A stretch of DNA of 63,395 nucleotides, counting the filler, from Lenisia limosa (taxonomy: Eukaryota; Protista; Breviatea): NCBI GenBank assembly GCA_001655205.1. It is 10 parts of 10 records of this genome, joined end to end, with 100 filler letters (N's around TTAATTAATTAA, not from the genome) between each part and the next. Parts side by side here need not be neighbours in the genome. Positions count along the whole stretch, not along the records: positions 24,902 to 50,583 come from LPNZ01009279.1; positions 50,684 to 52,183 come from LPNZ01004268.1; 8 more parts are not named here. The stretch is one strand, 5' to 3'. Positions 37,401 to 50,756 of this stretch are shown here, one piece after another. How positions within the stretch are numbered: the first letter of the stretch is position 1; the number at the start of each line of letters is the position of its first letter. The notes beneath the pieces were generated by a model. The model saw only the letters and a list, made by a program, of their open reading frames with translations. It was not told the DNA's origin and did no database searches. A program made the position numbers and the translations under genes.

Positions 37401-40400
37401 GAGTCCACAACCATGTGACACAATGCGTTCTCTACCCGCGCTTCAATAATGGCCTATACTGTCAGAAGCAAACGATCATATGAGAGTTCAAACTTGTTTC
37501 TGGGCAAAAGTGCCGCCAGCTTCAAGAACAGCCTTGTTGAGACCTCGCACAACATTTCGGTCAACAACACCGCCATTTTTGGACAGCGCAAAACAGTGTG
37601 ACGTGTCAACAACACAAACGGTGCCGCTGACGGCCACTCCTCGGAATCGGATATTAGCAAGAGATGACGTGTCAATCTTCATTTTTGGCAGTTCTGCAGT
37701 GTCAAGAATAGACACAGACTCGACAGAAGCTAGGTCGGAATCTGTCCTCGTGAAAGTAGTGACAACAGGGAGGAAGCTGCCAACAACGCAGTCACGCAGC
37801 ATGCTCAGGATGACGTGGTCCAAAGCAATGGAGCCCCACATGACTTCAGAAGAGATATCAAGACATGTCGGAACCATTTCGGAAACGGAACCGAACACTT
37901 CCGAGGACGCGGCCGTGTTGTCTCTGTTGACTTCAAACCATGCACTGAAGGGGGTGCTGGCAAGTGATGGGATGGATGTGCACTGAATGGTTATTATACT
38001 CCGGAACAAAAAGCTACATTCACTTTGTTTTTAAGAATTTTGAGGATAACACAAGGCCAAATCGTTTACCTTGTATTGGCCTAGTACCTCTGACAAACCT
38101 TGGCAACTTGCTTCTGAAGGTGTCTCAGAGGCCAAGAGATTTTCGACGATAAACTCGGACCCTGAAGAGTGAGGACTGAGTCTCCAATCAAATCCACAAT
38201 GATGCAGACAAAGCCTACCAAAGGTCCGCACGTGCGCTCAAGTCTGTCAGATACGGCAAGGTAACTGTTACAGCTACAGTCTTCAGGAACAACAACCGCA
38301 TCCAGAGAGGAGCGACTAGCTTCCAAAGTCAAATGCTCCGTTTCCTATTGAGTCACTCGCTGCATCATTCAAGGGCTAACGAAGCGAAATGATTCTGAAA
38401 CTCCAACCCATTCGCCCATGTTGCAGAACCCAGAGTTGAGAGACACGGAGCCAAGGGTGAATGCCAAGCCAACAGCCGCGCCCGGGCTTGTCGGCATGTA
38501 CACTGTTTGCTGGTTTATTGTAACCTGGGAAGTAACCAATTAGGAGCAGAGAAACACTGCATTCGAGCTCTTGACTATTTCCACCCAGACCTGGATTGAA
38601 TGGCGATCATTTGGAGTGACATAGAGTAGTCCCGTTGATGCTGCTGCTAGAACTTCCTCGTAAGTCTCCATCAGTAGTTTCTGAGGGGAGGGAGTGATGC
38701 TTTTGATTTCATTACGGTCTAAAAAAGAGGCTACAAACACTGTATTCATCGTGTATGTCAGAGCATTGCAGAGTCGCACCTTGACATCAGCACATCTTGA
38801 GTAAAATGCGGCAACGTGTCTCAGCCACTGCACGCGGACTTCCGAAGACGATGACGGCAAGTTCAGCACCAGGACGGTGGCAGGATCAGACTGGTCGCTT
38901 GCTAAAGAGTCAAGACGTCGTGATGATCCCCACCTTGCTTNNNNNNNNNNNNNNNNNNNNNNNNNNNNNNNNNNNNNNNNNNNNNNNNNNNNNNNNNNNN
39001 NNNNNNNNNNNNNNNNNNNNNNNNNNNNNNNNNNNNNNNNNNNNNNNNNNNNNNNNNNNNNNNNNNNNNNNNNNNNNNNNNNNNNNNNNNNNNNNNNNNN
39101 NNNNNNNNNNNNNNNNNNNNNNNNNNNNNNNNNNNNNNNNNNNNNNNNNNNNNNNNNNNNNNNNNNNNNNNNNNNNNNNNNNNNNNNNNNNNNNNNGTTT
39201 TGGCCGGTAGGGGGACAAGGCTGGGTTATCTAAAGAATGAAATCAACCGTACTGAACTGGCTACCTTGGGAAGAAATTAGATCTAAAATCTGCGCCTGGT
39301 GGAGTGTACAGTCCAAATCGAACTGTGTAACAGACTGCTTTTGCATGTAATCTAAAAGTTAGTTTGGAAGAAAAAGTGCTTTAATCAATGTTAATAAATG
39401 TCACGCTCCTACCCGTCTTCCCCGTCTCCAGCACTGATATTGGCTTTCCCTTCTCATACGCCACCAGCAGCAACGTTGAAGCCATCATATCGACCTGCGA
39501 CACTGCGGCTGATGGGTCGATGGGTGACGAGTAGAAGTTGTTAATGGATACAAAGTCCGACAGGAAGAGCGCGATGGCTGGGTCCGGCTTTTCCTACAGT
39601 GTCAATTCCGCCTTATTGAGTGCAGCAGTCATACCCTGGAAGTTTGGAATGCAGGGTTTTCCAGCAGGCAAAATGTGAAGTAGGGAACCTGAAGGGTTGG
39701 TATAGATCCGATTCAATGGAAAGCGTCAGGGGGGTATGAAATAGTAACCAAAGCCCACTCACCTTGATTGCCACTTGCTGGCCTAATAGGAGACCTTCGT
39801 CATCGAGGTCAATTTCAGCCTATACTCGTCAATAGAACAACCACGAAATACAAGAACAATATGAAAAGTGTGCTCCGCTTGAAAGATAGAGATAATACCG
39901 CGAGTCATACTTGGTCATCTTGGATATTGAGAGAAAGGTGCTGGTAGAACGCCAAAAAAGCCGCCAATTGAACAGTGGAGCACGTGAAATGGAGGCCGTG
40001 TTTCTACACCATTAGAATCTAAAGAAGTCTTCAACGTAACAATTACAAATTGGCTCAGCGAAATCTCTTCAACTCCACACCTCCTTGCCCTCTTTGAGAC
40101 TCTGCGCATCTGCAGTGTCGGTGGGGGTACTGTGTCCCTCAGAAAACTCGTGATGCAGATCACAGGAAGTCAGCTCAATGATGGTGTTCGGCTTTAGAGG
40201 TAAATAGCGTACTTATGCTGACATGTGTGCACCCAACAAACCTCATTTGCAGAAGTTGACCCAATATGTTGTTTCATCTGAAAAAAATAAGATTGTTTGA
40301 TGAAGTTGAGTCATCGAGAAAAAAAACCAACATACAAAGGATTGTAGCGTGACGGGTTGAAGACAGTAACTCGCATTTGCTGCCTAAACAAATGAGTTAT

Positions 40401-42467
40401 CAGAGTCATGGGTTGAGTAAGATGATTCAAAATGCTGCAACAAGAGTTTTTCATCATCCAAAACAACAAAATATCTATGTATGTTGCAGGTATTTCTGTA
40501 TTTTGCACCATAATAGACTCACTCGCATGTCCATGCTGGCAATAAACTCGTCATCAGCAGTGTGGACGCAATCCAATGAAACTGTATCCGTGTCCACGTA
40601 GAGGGATAGTGCTGAAAGTTGACCAGCCTACACTATCAGAGGTTGCTAAATCTTACTGTTGCAAGTATTCTATTCTTATCATATCGATACACTATATCGT
40701 GAAATACTATCATATGATAGCTACTATATAATTATGTGTTATTCAATGCTCTTCAAAAGTTGCATTTCCTTCGATTTCAAACAGAAGAGATAAACAGCCT
40801 TTATGTCTACCAATCCTACTTTGAAGTGCACATCCTCCTGCACGCGACACTTCGTAATTGGCACCCCGTTCGAGTCAGAAGCGCTGAAGTCCAAACGGTC
40901 AAACCTAAAGCCGACAGCCGACACCGTCTGTTGAGGTCACGAAACACCAGGGAAAAAAAAAAAAAAAAAAGNNNNNNNNNNNNNNNNNNNNNNNNNNNNN
41001 NNNNNNNNNNNNNNNNNNNNNNNNNNNNNNNNNNNNNTGAGACCCACATCATTGTCGGCATCATAGCTCTCATATCGGATGTGAACATTTAGAAACTCAA
41101 GCTGAAATGTCTGAAAAGAATGGCATGAAGAACAAACCGAAAGATTATTGAATATCTTATCCATTCGATTCTCGTCTTCCTCCTCCTTCTCCTTTTTTGA
41201 TTTCTCTTTCTTCTTTGGTTCAGCTGGCGCTGTTTTCTGGGAAGTCAGGGGATGGAAGCCCATGTTCAGTAACCTAGTAAACATACCTCCTTTGGGGGTG
41301 GTGGAGGGGGCCTTCTCTTCTACAATAATAAAGGTGACGGGTAGTTCCTATCAAATGCATATTTCAAAATGAAAAGTAGCGTATTGAGACTGCTACGATT
41401 TACTGATAGTAAATAGCTCCATGCAAGCTACATGTGTCTCACAAACTTTTTTATCTGGGGTAGAGGCTAGCCCAGGAAGATCAGATGTTGATGACACTGA
41501 CAAGATTAATACTAAAAATACAAGCCATAATCACATTGCATATACAATTGGACTTAGTCTCAGTGCATTTAGAGTGCCCACCTTCGGCGCCGCCGGCAGT
41601 AGGATCGAGTCCCTCACCAGTCCATCCTTCAGCCTTTCCTTCTTCAATAGACTTGGACCGTTGTGGAAGGTCCTACTATCGTGAGGCGTGTTGTCATCAA
41701 TTGTAAGAATCTGACTGTGGTGAAGAAACAGTATAGTGTCCCATATCCACTTGTGCTTTGACAATATTATGGCCCATGGATTTAAAGAAAGAAGATAACA
41801 TCACAGTACGTCAAAGTGTATCAAACCTATCGTTGATATGATGATCTATGAAATGAAAGTTTGATACCCATGAAAAGTTGTATGATGCAACCAAATCAAG
41901 TGACCTTCCCACCGGAGCAATAACGAGGTACACACCATCAATGACAATGTGGATGGGTGTGGTGGTGGTGTCGGACATTTTACGTTCTTTGACTTCAATA
42001 GTTCCGAGAAGCCCTGGAGGTATTGGATATGGCTTGGATCAAGTTTCACACATTAAGGCGAAAACAATCCGTTTTACCAGTACGACATTGTGACGCAACC
42101 AAAAAGTAGTAGATTCATTATATTCCCATACAAAAATCTATAATGTTGATCCAGTAGAGAAAATACAAATAAAAAGGCAGCAAAAAGAAGCCTATGACCT
42201 TTGTACCGGAACCATAACAATGCCTCAACTACCTTTTCGGACATCATATGGAAGGTTTTTCTTTTTCAGGAAATCTCTCTGTAATGCTACATTTTTAGCT
42301 CCAACTTTAGCTTGGAGGCCTGGGAGAGGATAAGGGGGGACTGTGCAGGAAAACAGCGTCAAACCTCGGCGGTTATATATGAAATCGGCGATTCCTCCCT
42401 CTTGAACATAGTCAGCAAGAAGGTTTTCAAGCTTCCGCTTCGCTTTATCGCGGATAAAGTCAAACAT
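28477..42467 (-). CDS. VPS13: VPS13-family bridge-like lipid transfer protein (dozens of short introns; several N gaps)
   Basis: N-terminal chorein-like MFDFIRDKAKRKLENLLADYVQEG...GLQAKVGAKNVALQRDFLKKKNLPYDVRKG and PIHIVIDGVYLVIAP (about 41920-41990). VAB/SHR-BD-like VGIKIDDAIPPFDATKIVTVTPLYTMIN (32560-32660), LDPGRSAPLIW and HPPYRLRNFTSDSIWFHQAG...KVPP (31730-31850). LQIESPDNP at about 30640. Confidence 0.9.
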
Positions 42468-42759
42468 TTAAATATATACAAAACACTTTACCTCTTATTT
42501 TTGCCCTACATATGCTTGCTTTAAACATTTAAGATTACCAACCCGCACTCTATTAAAAAAAAACCCTGCCTCATTTTCGGTTTTATTAATTCTGGGGGAT
42601 GAACCAGATAATTCGTGACACTTGTGACATGGGGAGAGAGAAAAGNNNNNNNNNNNNNNNNNNNNNNNNNNNNNNNNNNNNNNNNNNNNNNNNNNNNNNN
42701 NNNNNNNAAAAAAAAAAAAAGGCAAAGCACAGATAGATTGATGACAAAATTGACATGAT

Positions 42760-44983
42760 ATGATGTTGTTTCTGTTCATGTTCCAATTGGTGATATGTAG
42801 GCCAACATTTGTGACCGATTCTGATGCATCTATTTGTACAATATCAGAGTAATGGAATTTATGATTTGCTTAACTCCCCCTCCCCCCCCTCCACCATCCA
42901 ATTAGTTGATACTGTAGGTACTGCACTGGCTGCTGTCTGGCCTTTACCAGGAGTGGTGAGGGGGTTGAGTGGTTTTAATTCCATTACGATGTAGCATTTG
43001 CCTTTATCTAATGTTGCCTGTAGCCAAATGCCCAGTCAAGTCCCTATGGACCCCGTCTGAAGATTAGTGAAGATTCAAGGTAATACCATCTTGTTTGGTG
43101 TTTTGTACTGAGGGTTTTTTTTACTTCCTCATTGATGGTGCTTAATGAATTTCCTTTTCTCATCGCCTCCCTTCAGATACGATTTTCACAGAGGTATCGA
43201 CATCCCATGCCCAAACAACACCGTGTTGGTCAGCCCTTTAGCTGGTACTGTTGTACTGCTGCTTTCTTCACTAAACTCTTAAGGAGCTGTCAAAAAAGCA
43301 GGTCTCTACCCTGGGGTATATTTTGATCGAGTTGTTACAGTTCGTGGGTGTTTTAATAATCATCAGGGATGATAGTGGAGGGAGGGGGCTGTTGAGGAGG
43401 GAGAGAAAGTTTCAAAGAATTAAAGCAGTCTTTCCAATCTTTGATACCACTGCTCCATGCATCAACAATGAGTTTGAAAATACGCCTTTATTCATCCAGT
43501 GAATTATAATCTTTTGACAATCACATATGGAGACTATCCCCATTATTCGGGTATTGATTGTTCAGGTTAAGAACGTGACTAGCGATGGCGAGTCAATTTA
43601 CCTTGTGTTTCTTCACTTGACTTCCAATTCCGTAAATGAAGGCGATATCATTGGGGAAGGTGACGTTATTGGAGCCTCAGGTGAGCAAGTGTAAGCAACT
43701 TATTCCAAAGGAATCAGTGTTTCTGGCTTCGAACACCTTCATTTTGAAACAAGGTCTTCAGAGTATCAAAAAGACTCCTTCAACCCCTGGAACATTTTGC
43801 CACATCTATCATCCAATGTCAAGCCATCTGGCTCTTTCGGTTTGCAACATCCTAGGCTTCCAAAAGTCCGGTGAAATATCGATTATTATTGGGATATATA
43901 TAATATATACTATATATACATGTAGATCTTGTGTAATCTCAGAATTGTTTTGAATCAAACCGTTTCTTTATTTGTAATTACCTAGTAATTACTGAACGGT
44001 CAAACCCTGGCCACTTTCAGATTGAGGTGAGACATGAAATGAAAGAGTTTCGTTGATTGAATAACGTTGATTGTGTATATCTATTACTTTGTAGGTGTCA
44101 CTGAAGACTCCAGGAAAGCATTTAGTAATAAACGGCTTTGAAATCCTTGGACTACAGGTTGGTTTATATTGGTTGACCAAATTCCTTCTTTTTCTTGCCT
44201 GTTTATATAGCTCCTTATGGACTACCTATAAATGCTCACCAAGACAGGGAGGTGAAACAGTGGTTTCGACTGGGCTGGACTGGTTTGTTGGGGAATGGCT
44301 TCTAAATGCAAAATTCGGGGAGCAGTGTGTTCAGCAGATCTAATTTGCTACTAATTCTGCTCATGTTTCCTTTTCACATTTGATATCGAGGTACAAAGCG
44401 AACCAGCACAATGACGGGGAGCCAATTCTAATGGATGACCCTCTCTGGCCCCCTTCTCGAGCATCATGGCGGTGAGATTGCTATTGGCTGAGTTACTCAT
44501 ATCAACAGGAAAAACAGTCACTCCTTCACCATTAGGCCAGAAAAATACTCATCTTCCGACTGGTCTGATAATTCTTTCTGTGTTGTGAAGGTTAGTCAAA
44601 TTTCTGCTTTTTCATTGTAACGCTCAATTATTCAGATTACTCTGGATGTTGAAGTCTCCTTAACAAATGGTGATTTGAACTTGAATGGCCAAGTTCTCAC
44701 TTCAGAGTATGGATTAGAAAAGGGGGGCAGGCATCAATATCATCATATGAAAAAAGTACATATTTGCATATGATATACTATATAATATGATATATTATAT
44801 CATGCATATCATATTATACATTAAAATTATATACTCATAGACGATAACATTATTGCAATATTCGCTTACCACTACAGCGGTATTGAGACCTTTAGCAAGA
44901 CGTTAGAAATTGAACCTGCAGAAGGTTCAGTATCATTTGTCACTGCTGGGCTTGCTGTCTTGTTTCTTGTTTTTATGTTGTAG
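42760..44983 (+). CDS. Peptidase M23 (lysostaphin-like Zn endopeptidase) with signal peptide and C-terminal GPI-like hydrophobic tail
   Basis: Spliced: MMLFLFMFQLVICTALAAVWPLP...SSPYGPRLKISEDSRYDFHRGIDIPCP (HxxxD)...IYLVFLHLTSNSVNEGDIIGEGDVIGASGISVSGFEHLHFETR (HxH)...FNPWNILP...EGSVSFVTAGLAVLFLVFML* (TAG 44981-44983). Confidence 0.85.
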
Positions 44984-45279
44984 TATTTATTATCATCATT
45001 ATCATAACAAGGCCAGTGTTCTGCGTCATAAAACCTTGAACAGTGTCCATTTTATCAACAGTAAAATGAGGTTATCATGAGGTCATATTGACGGCACTAA
45101 TTGTAGAATATTTGGGATTACTAACTGTTGTATGCTGGGAGGCAGTGTACACAGAGATGGCAAATGATTGGATGTGTTAGGCTAGATACAACCTTGTTTC
45201 ATTCTAATCTCTATAATATATCATGGAAGCGGTGAAATAGCATTTGTTATCAAAATGGATTACCAGTATTCATGTCAAT

Positions 45280-48200
45280 ATTTGCTGCCCTTGTTCGAAT
45301 CAGAGTGAATAATATGATGGTGAAACAATAAAACAAAACGGAAACATAACCCACAGGAAAATGAACCACAATAGATCTCAAAAAAACAGCTATCACTCAA
45401 AATCAGGTATGACCCTCTCAGGACTTGGATGCTAAGAAGGTTATCTTGCAAGCCCGGTAATATACGAGTGATGTAATGTAAGAGTGATATTACGACAAAA
45501 GTGAAGCTAACATGTAAATTGAGAGGAGGCGGCCTCTCCAACACAACTCTTTGCGAAGATGGGAATACTCTCGGCTTGGAATTGCGTAAATGTTCTCCCC
45601 CAAGAACTATGTGCTGAATAGCTATTTCCGGAATCTGAAGAGATTATCTGTCATCTTTTGTTCTGCTTTTGCTTACTTTAAGAGATGGCGGAGGTTGCTT
45701 GAAAGGAGACACGGAACGCTCAATTGAAGGGGACGGGCGTCTTGGAGACAGCATCACCACATCAGAATAACTTGGCTTTTGCTGAGGTTGTGCTGTCATT
45801 CGCCGGACATGGGGGGCTGAACGATGGGACATGATGGCATATTATCGACACCAACCTGCTGGGAGGGACAATGGAAGTTGCATTGAGGTCAATGGGGCTG
45901 CTTCACTATGGAGAGTCTAAGACGGTTAGATAGGGTTCGCTCAACAACAGACAGAAGTAGCACAGGAGACCTACCAGACAATGCAGGCGGATCACTACCA
46001 TTGTTACTACATTGTGAGTGATTTTTAAAAGACACATACAAAATAATCCTTAAAAGATGGATGAAATAGATCCACTTACTTATGAGACAAAATGTCAGGA
46101 AGATTACGAGAAGGACAAGAGTTGAATTCAACCTCTCGTCACTCTCTTCTATACTTGACGATGGGGCATCAGACAGACAGAGGACTTTGTACAAGAGTGG
46201 CTCAGTGAACGAGTCTACCCCTTGGGAACAATCTTCATCCATTGTTTCTGACTTGAGTAACATGGTAAACATGGACTTGATGGGACTCGATAAAGCCTAC
46301 CTTCTCTGTGATAGCAATCAAAGAAGAGCGGCAGAGCCCAATTTACAATCCCAAATCCGAGGAAGAGCAAAATTGGCTATATCAGTCAATATTTCATCCT
46401 TTATTTGACGGCAAAACCACGACTTACGTAAATAATCCAAAACAAGTTGTTATTCTTGTGAGTAAACAGAAGAATGCTCAAAGTTGCAGCAGTCAGAGCC
46501 AAAACTGAAAATCAATTTGAGGTATTTATAAAATTGTCTGCTTTTTCAAAAAACATGGGGTAATAGGTATTCATCAGAATGTCAAAAATATGACACCAAA
46601 ATAATCATCAAGTATCAATGTTAACATACAGAAGAAGAGATAGGAAAGGCGAGACGCGTATAAGGATACTGTCCAAAACGACGACCATGTAACTGTCAGT
46701 CCGTTCTCACTATTGGGTTAGGGAGGTGGGATAAAGACATAGAATACATTGCTGACTGTGAAATCCCGTTACATTTTAATTTCGTAGACAATGGTACCAT
46801 CAATCACGCATTTTGACGATTGCTGATGGTTCTACAAAATAAATAAAAGCACATTAAAAATTGAAGTGAAAATATTACCAACTTAAATTGGTCTAACAAA
46901 ATAGCATATTGTTTGATATGATATACTTGTGGTTGGCATGACCTCACAAACCTCCGCATTGGGATTGTCGTCAGAGTCTTTGATAGTAATGTAAATTTCT
47001 GTTAAGTACATAGTGGCAGAAACCTAGCTGCGTAAATAGAAAACACAAGAAGCAATCCAAAAAACTGAACATCCAACCTACGTCTTGTATTACAGTACTA
47101 CCGGGGCAGTATCTTTCCAAGACAGTTGAATTGAAATCCGTTTTATCCAAACTGGTAACCCCCTTAAATTAAGTCAATACCCAAAAATATCAAATAGATC
47201 AATCAATAGGCGTTAATCATGAATAGATTCAAAACAAAACATCCTACCCTGGTAATAAAGGGCAGACTTGGGATGAAGAAAAAGAACATTGCGGTGATCT
47301 ATGTGCATGAGATTAAAAAGAATACAACAACTCCACAAACCATAAGGCCAAGCCAGAGAAAACAAGGAAATATCGGCATCTGCTCCATTTCTTCAATTGG
47401 CTGCTTTGGGATTGTCACTTTTTCATGTAGTTCATCGAGTATGTAAGTGGGTTTAATTTGAGCAGTATTTCCAAAAGACACCATATGACACTGTCCATGG
47501 GTGCATAAGTTACAGGAACAATTTGTTCCCTCATCCTAAGGAAAATCAGAGTAAGGAGACTGGCTAACTTTTGGCTCTTTTGAAACGCTACCTGGGGATG
47601 AAAGAGAGGCGGATTGGCAAAGAACACTATGCGCAACAATATTATACTCATCAGAAATAGCAACTTCCTTAAAACGTTATTACATTCAAAACAATCATTA
47701 AGTACACCAACTGGACCTAGTATGGAAACATACTTTTTCGTAATCATGAACCATGGAGTATGACAAGGCCTTGGGTTGGGGCAGTGGGGATGGTGAAGGG
47801 AGAGTAGGCGAGATAGGTGCTTGGTTGAAAAGCCTCTTTCGATCAAGTTCATCATCTTAGTGGTTAGATTACTGTCATTATTTCGGGTCCACTCACTCAG
47901 AATGATAGCGTAGTAGGGTTCTGTTCGCGGGAGAACTACATCTGTTTTGTGAGATGAAGTCTTGAGCAACTCATCTCTATCATATCCCAAATACCAGACG
48001 CCGTGAGGCAAAATTGGCCATCGTATATTAAATCACAGGTCAATAGCTCGCAGAGGAAAGATGCTTCTTTGGCTTCACCTTGAAGGTCATTTGTAACCTT
48101 ATGAATTCTGAAGTGAGAATATCAAACAAAAATGTATAAAACTGCAGTCATGAATACACAATGCACCAATACCCACTGAATACGCCACAGACAGCATTCG

Positions 48201-48420
48201 AAGAAGATCGGACAACAATGGATGCCATAATCTAAAAGTTATTTGGTACTGACAGAAAAAGAAACACATTTCAAAATGTTTCGCATATTCTTGTCTTTAC
48301 TATCATATTTAATAGGCAATACCATCAAAAAATATTATAAGAAGTATTCTTTACCTGTCAACTGACCTTTGGGCTGGGCCGATGAGGGGAAAGAAGCGGG
48401 AGATAGGAACGCCTCTGTAA
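45280..48420 (-). CDS. Unidentified multi-exon protein-coding gene
   Basis: Long open segments (47415-48011, 45889-46272, 45644-45832) with GT-AG boundaries; no family recognised. Confidence 0.45.
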
Positions 48421-49116
48421 CTCTGTAATTCTCACATATCACATAACCCCCCCCCCTTTTTTTTTAAGCATATAACCACTGTAACACGTTCAGAAACTAT
48501 ACGGTGGTTTTGGCGCTCTATGCTCAATCCCAATGGTAGTTAGAGGGCTTCTGTAGGGGGGAAGCAATCAGGAATGGTGGTGTGTGTTGATAAACAGTTT
48601 GAGCATTATTGAATCAAAAGAAATCAGCAAACTGCCATATTGGGTAGTTGCAGGACTTTCACATACCTTTTTAGGAAATGCTGCAGACTCTTACCAGATT
48701 TAATCTGTTCACTTTGGTTAATCACTATCATTTTCGTCAATGAATCAGCAAAATAACTTGATAGATTGATAGATTAATTTCAATCCTTTCACTAAAATTA
48801 AAAGGGAGGGCATTCACCGAATTCCATCTAAATTCACGGAAGTTGTTCGCAGTGCAATCCTCCTCCCCCTCCCACCCTCTCTCAACCCCTCCCACCGCTC
48901 ACCACCTGAACACTTCTTAGTTCATTATTATTTCTTAAAATTCACTTCTCTCTCCACACTCATCTTGTTCAAGCCAAGTCACTGCATCACTGCACACTTC
49001 TTTGACACTCTTCAGTAACTGTAACCAAGATTATAAGATTCTTGTGAATATTCATACAACCACAAGCATTACTGAAAACACTTGTTTGACGATTTCAATC
49101 AACACATTCTTGTACT

Positions 49117-50302
49117 ATGTCCGATTCAGGAACACCTTGTACGTGCTGTCCTGAATTGCATTTCACCACCCAGCACCGTCAACATCGGAGGACCAATTAC
49201 TGAATTCAATGGACCTTCAAGGGGTTGCTGACTATATCAAGGAGGGGAAGGCAAAGAAGATTGTTGTTCTAGCAGGAGCTGGTAGCTGGGATTTGTAATT
49301 CTCCACCCTTTTTTATTTTTCTTTGATTTGCTTAATCGACCAAGGCATGTCAGTATCAGCAGGTATCCCTGATTTCCGTTCCCCTGAAGTGGGATTATAT
49401 GCACAAATCGCAAAGCTAGATATTGAAGTTGAAAGCCCGATGGTTGGTTGGGGTACAGCTTGCTCAGTACTTCTTACTCTTCATTCTCATTTGCTACTTT
49501 GATGTCAATATTATGTCTATTGTGCTATCTCATGATGAAGCCTAAAAATCATTTTTACAATTATATTAATCAAGTGTAATATTCATCCAAACCTGATGAT
49601 ACAGCATCCTGGGCAGAACCAAATGCACCTTCATATTTCCACTTCTCTCATTTCGAATTATCATCTATGTAGGATGTTTTTGATATTGAGACTTTGGAGG
49701 AAACACCAGAGCTTTTCTTCAGTGTCGGAAACTGTGTGTGTGTGTTTCTGTCTAGTGTCACTAATAATCTTCATACTTCTTTCTGATTATTGTCATTTGT
49801 ATTTTCTGAAGACCGATTTTTAAGTGTTGTTAAATTGTCGGAGACTGACACATCAGTAATTGCTCCCACAAACTTTGACCCCACGCCAAGTCACTTTTTT
49901 GTCAAACTTCTGGACACTAAAGACGTTCTACTGCGACATTTCACTCAAAACATCGACACTTTGGACCATAAGGCCGTAGGGTGGCGAACAATATATCATT
50001 ATTCAATAGTATAATATTTACTGAGTGTATCGTAATCATTGGATTCATTATTGATAAGAATTCGGCCACTCTGAGGATAACTAACATAAACTCAGGGTAT
50101 TGAAGAAGACAAGATTGTTGAAGCGCATGGTTCCTTTAAAGCTGCAAGATGCATTGCTTGTGATACTCCATACACTTCTGAGGTATAGCGTTGATGGGGT
50201 ACTACTTAATAACACTATTTTTTCTTAGTCTTTTGACAATACCAGGAAATCTGCGATAGTTTGGAGCGAAAAGAAGTGATGAGATGCTCAGTGTGCCAAA
50301 CG
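49117..50302 (+). CDS. SIRT2: NAD-dependent deacetylase, class I sirtuin (SIRT2/Hst2-like); 3' part missing at the scaffold end
   Basis: [41 protein letters not shown]...[54 protein letters not shown]...RCSVC. Confidence 0.9.
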
Positions 50303-50756
50303 GTTAGGGGATTGAAATAAATGGTGTATTCTTATTAAAAAACATGAGACATTTAGAGCAGGTTCTGACTGATGTGGAAAGTGTCAGGAAAACAATTTCA
50401 GTCATTTATGTGTTTTTATTTTGTACGTGATAGCACCCTCGCCAATACTCTTCATTGAGTTTTCTTTCGTTTAACTTTATAAAGTAACCTTTGGTCTGTA
50501 CACCTATGTTTTGTACTGTTGTTTTTTTAATGTTTGCTTGTGTGTTGTGTTGTGTGTTTACCCAGCCACTTTTTGTTGATACCNNNNNNNNNNNNNNNNN
50601 NNNNNNNNNNNNNNNNNNNNNNNNNNNTTAATTAATTAANNNNNNNNNNNNNNNNNNNNNNNNNNNNNNNNNNNNNNNNNNNNTATCAACCCTTGTGTGT
50701 TGTCAGCCAGCAGAGTTGATTATGGGTTTCATTGATTTCCTTCGTTTTACCCACAG

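Noticed and set aside
24902-44983. Endogenous virus or giant transposon (apparently higher GC, short ORFs, few repeats)
   Set aside because: The ORFs are exons of ordinary spliced genes (Ecm15-like, FN3/LamG, VPS13, M23). No integrase, polymerase, capsid or transposase motif was seen.
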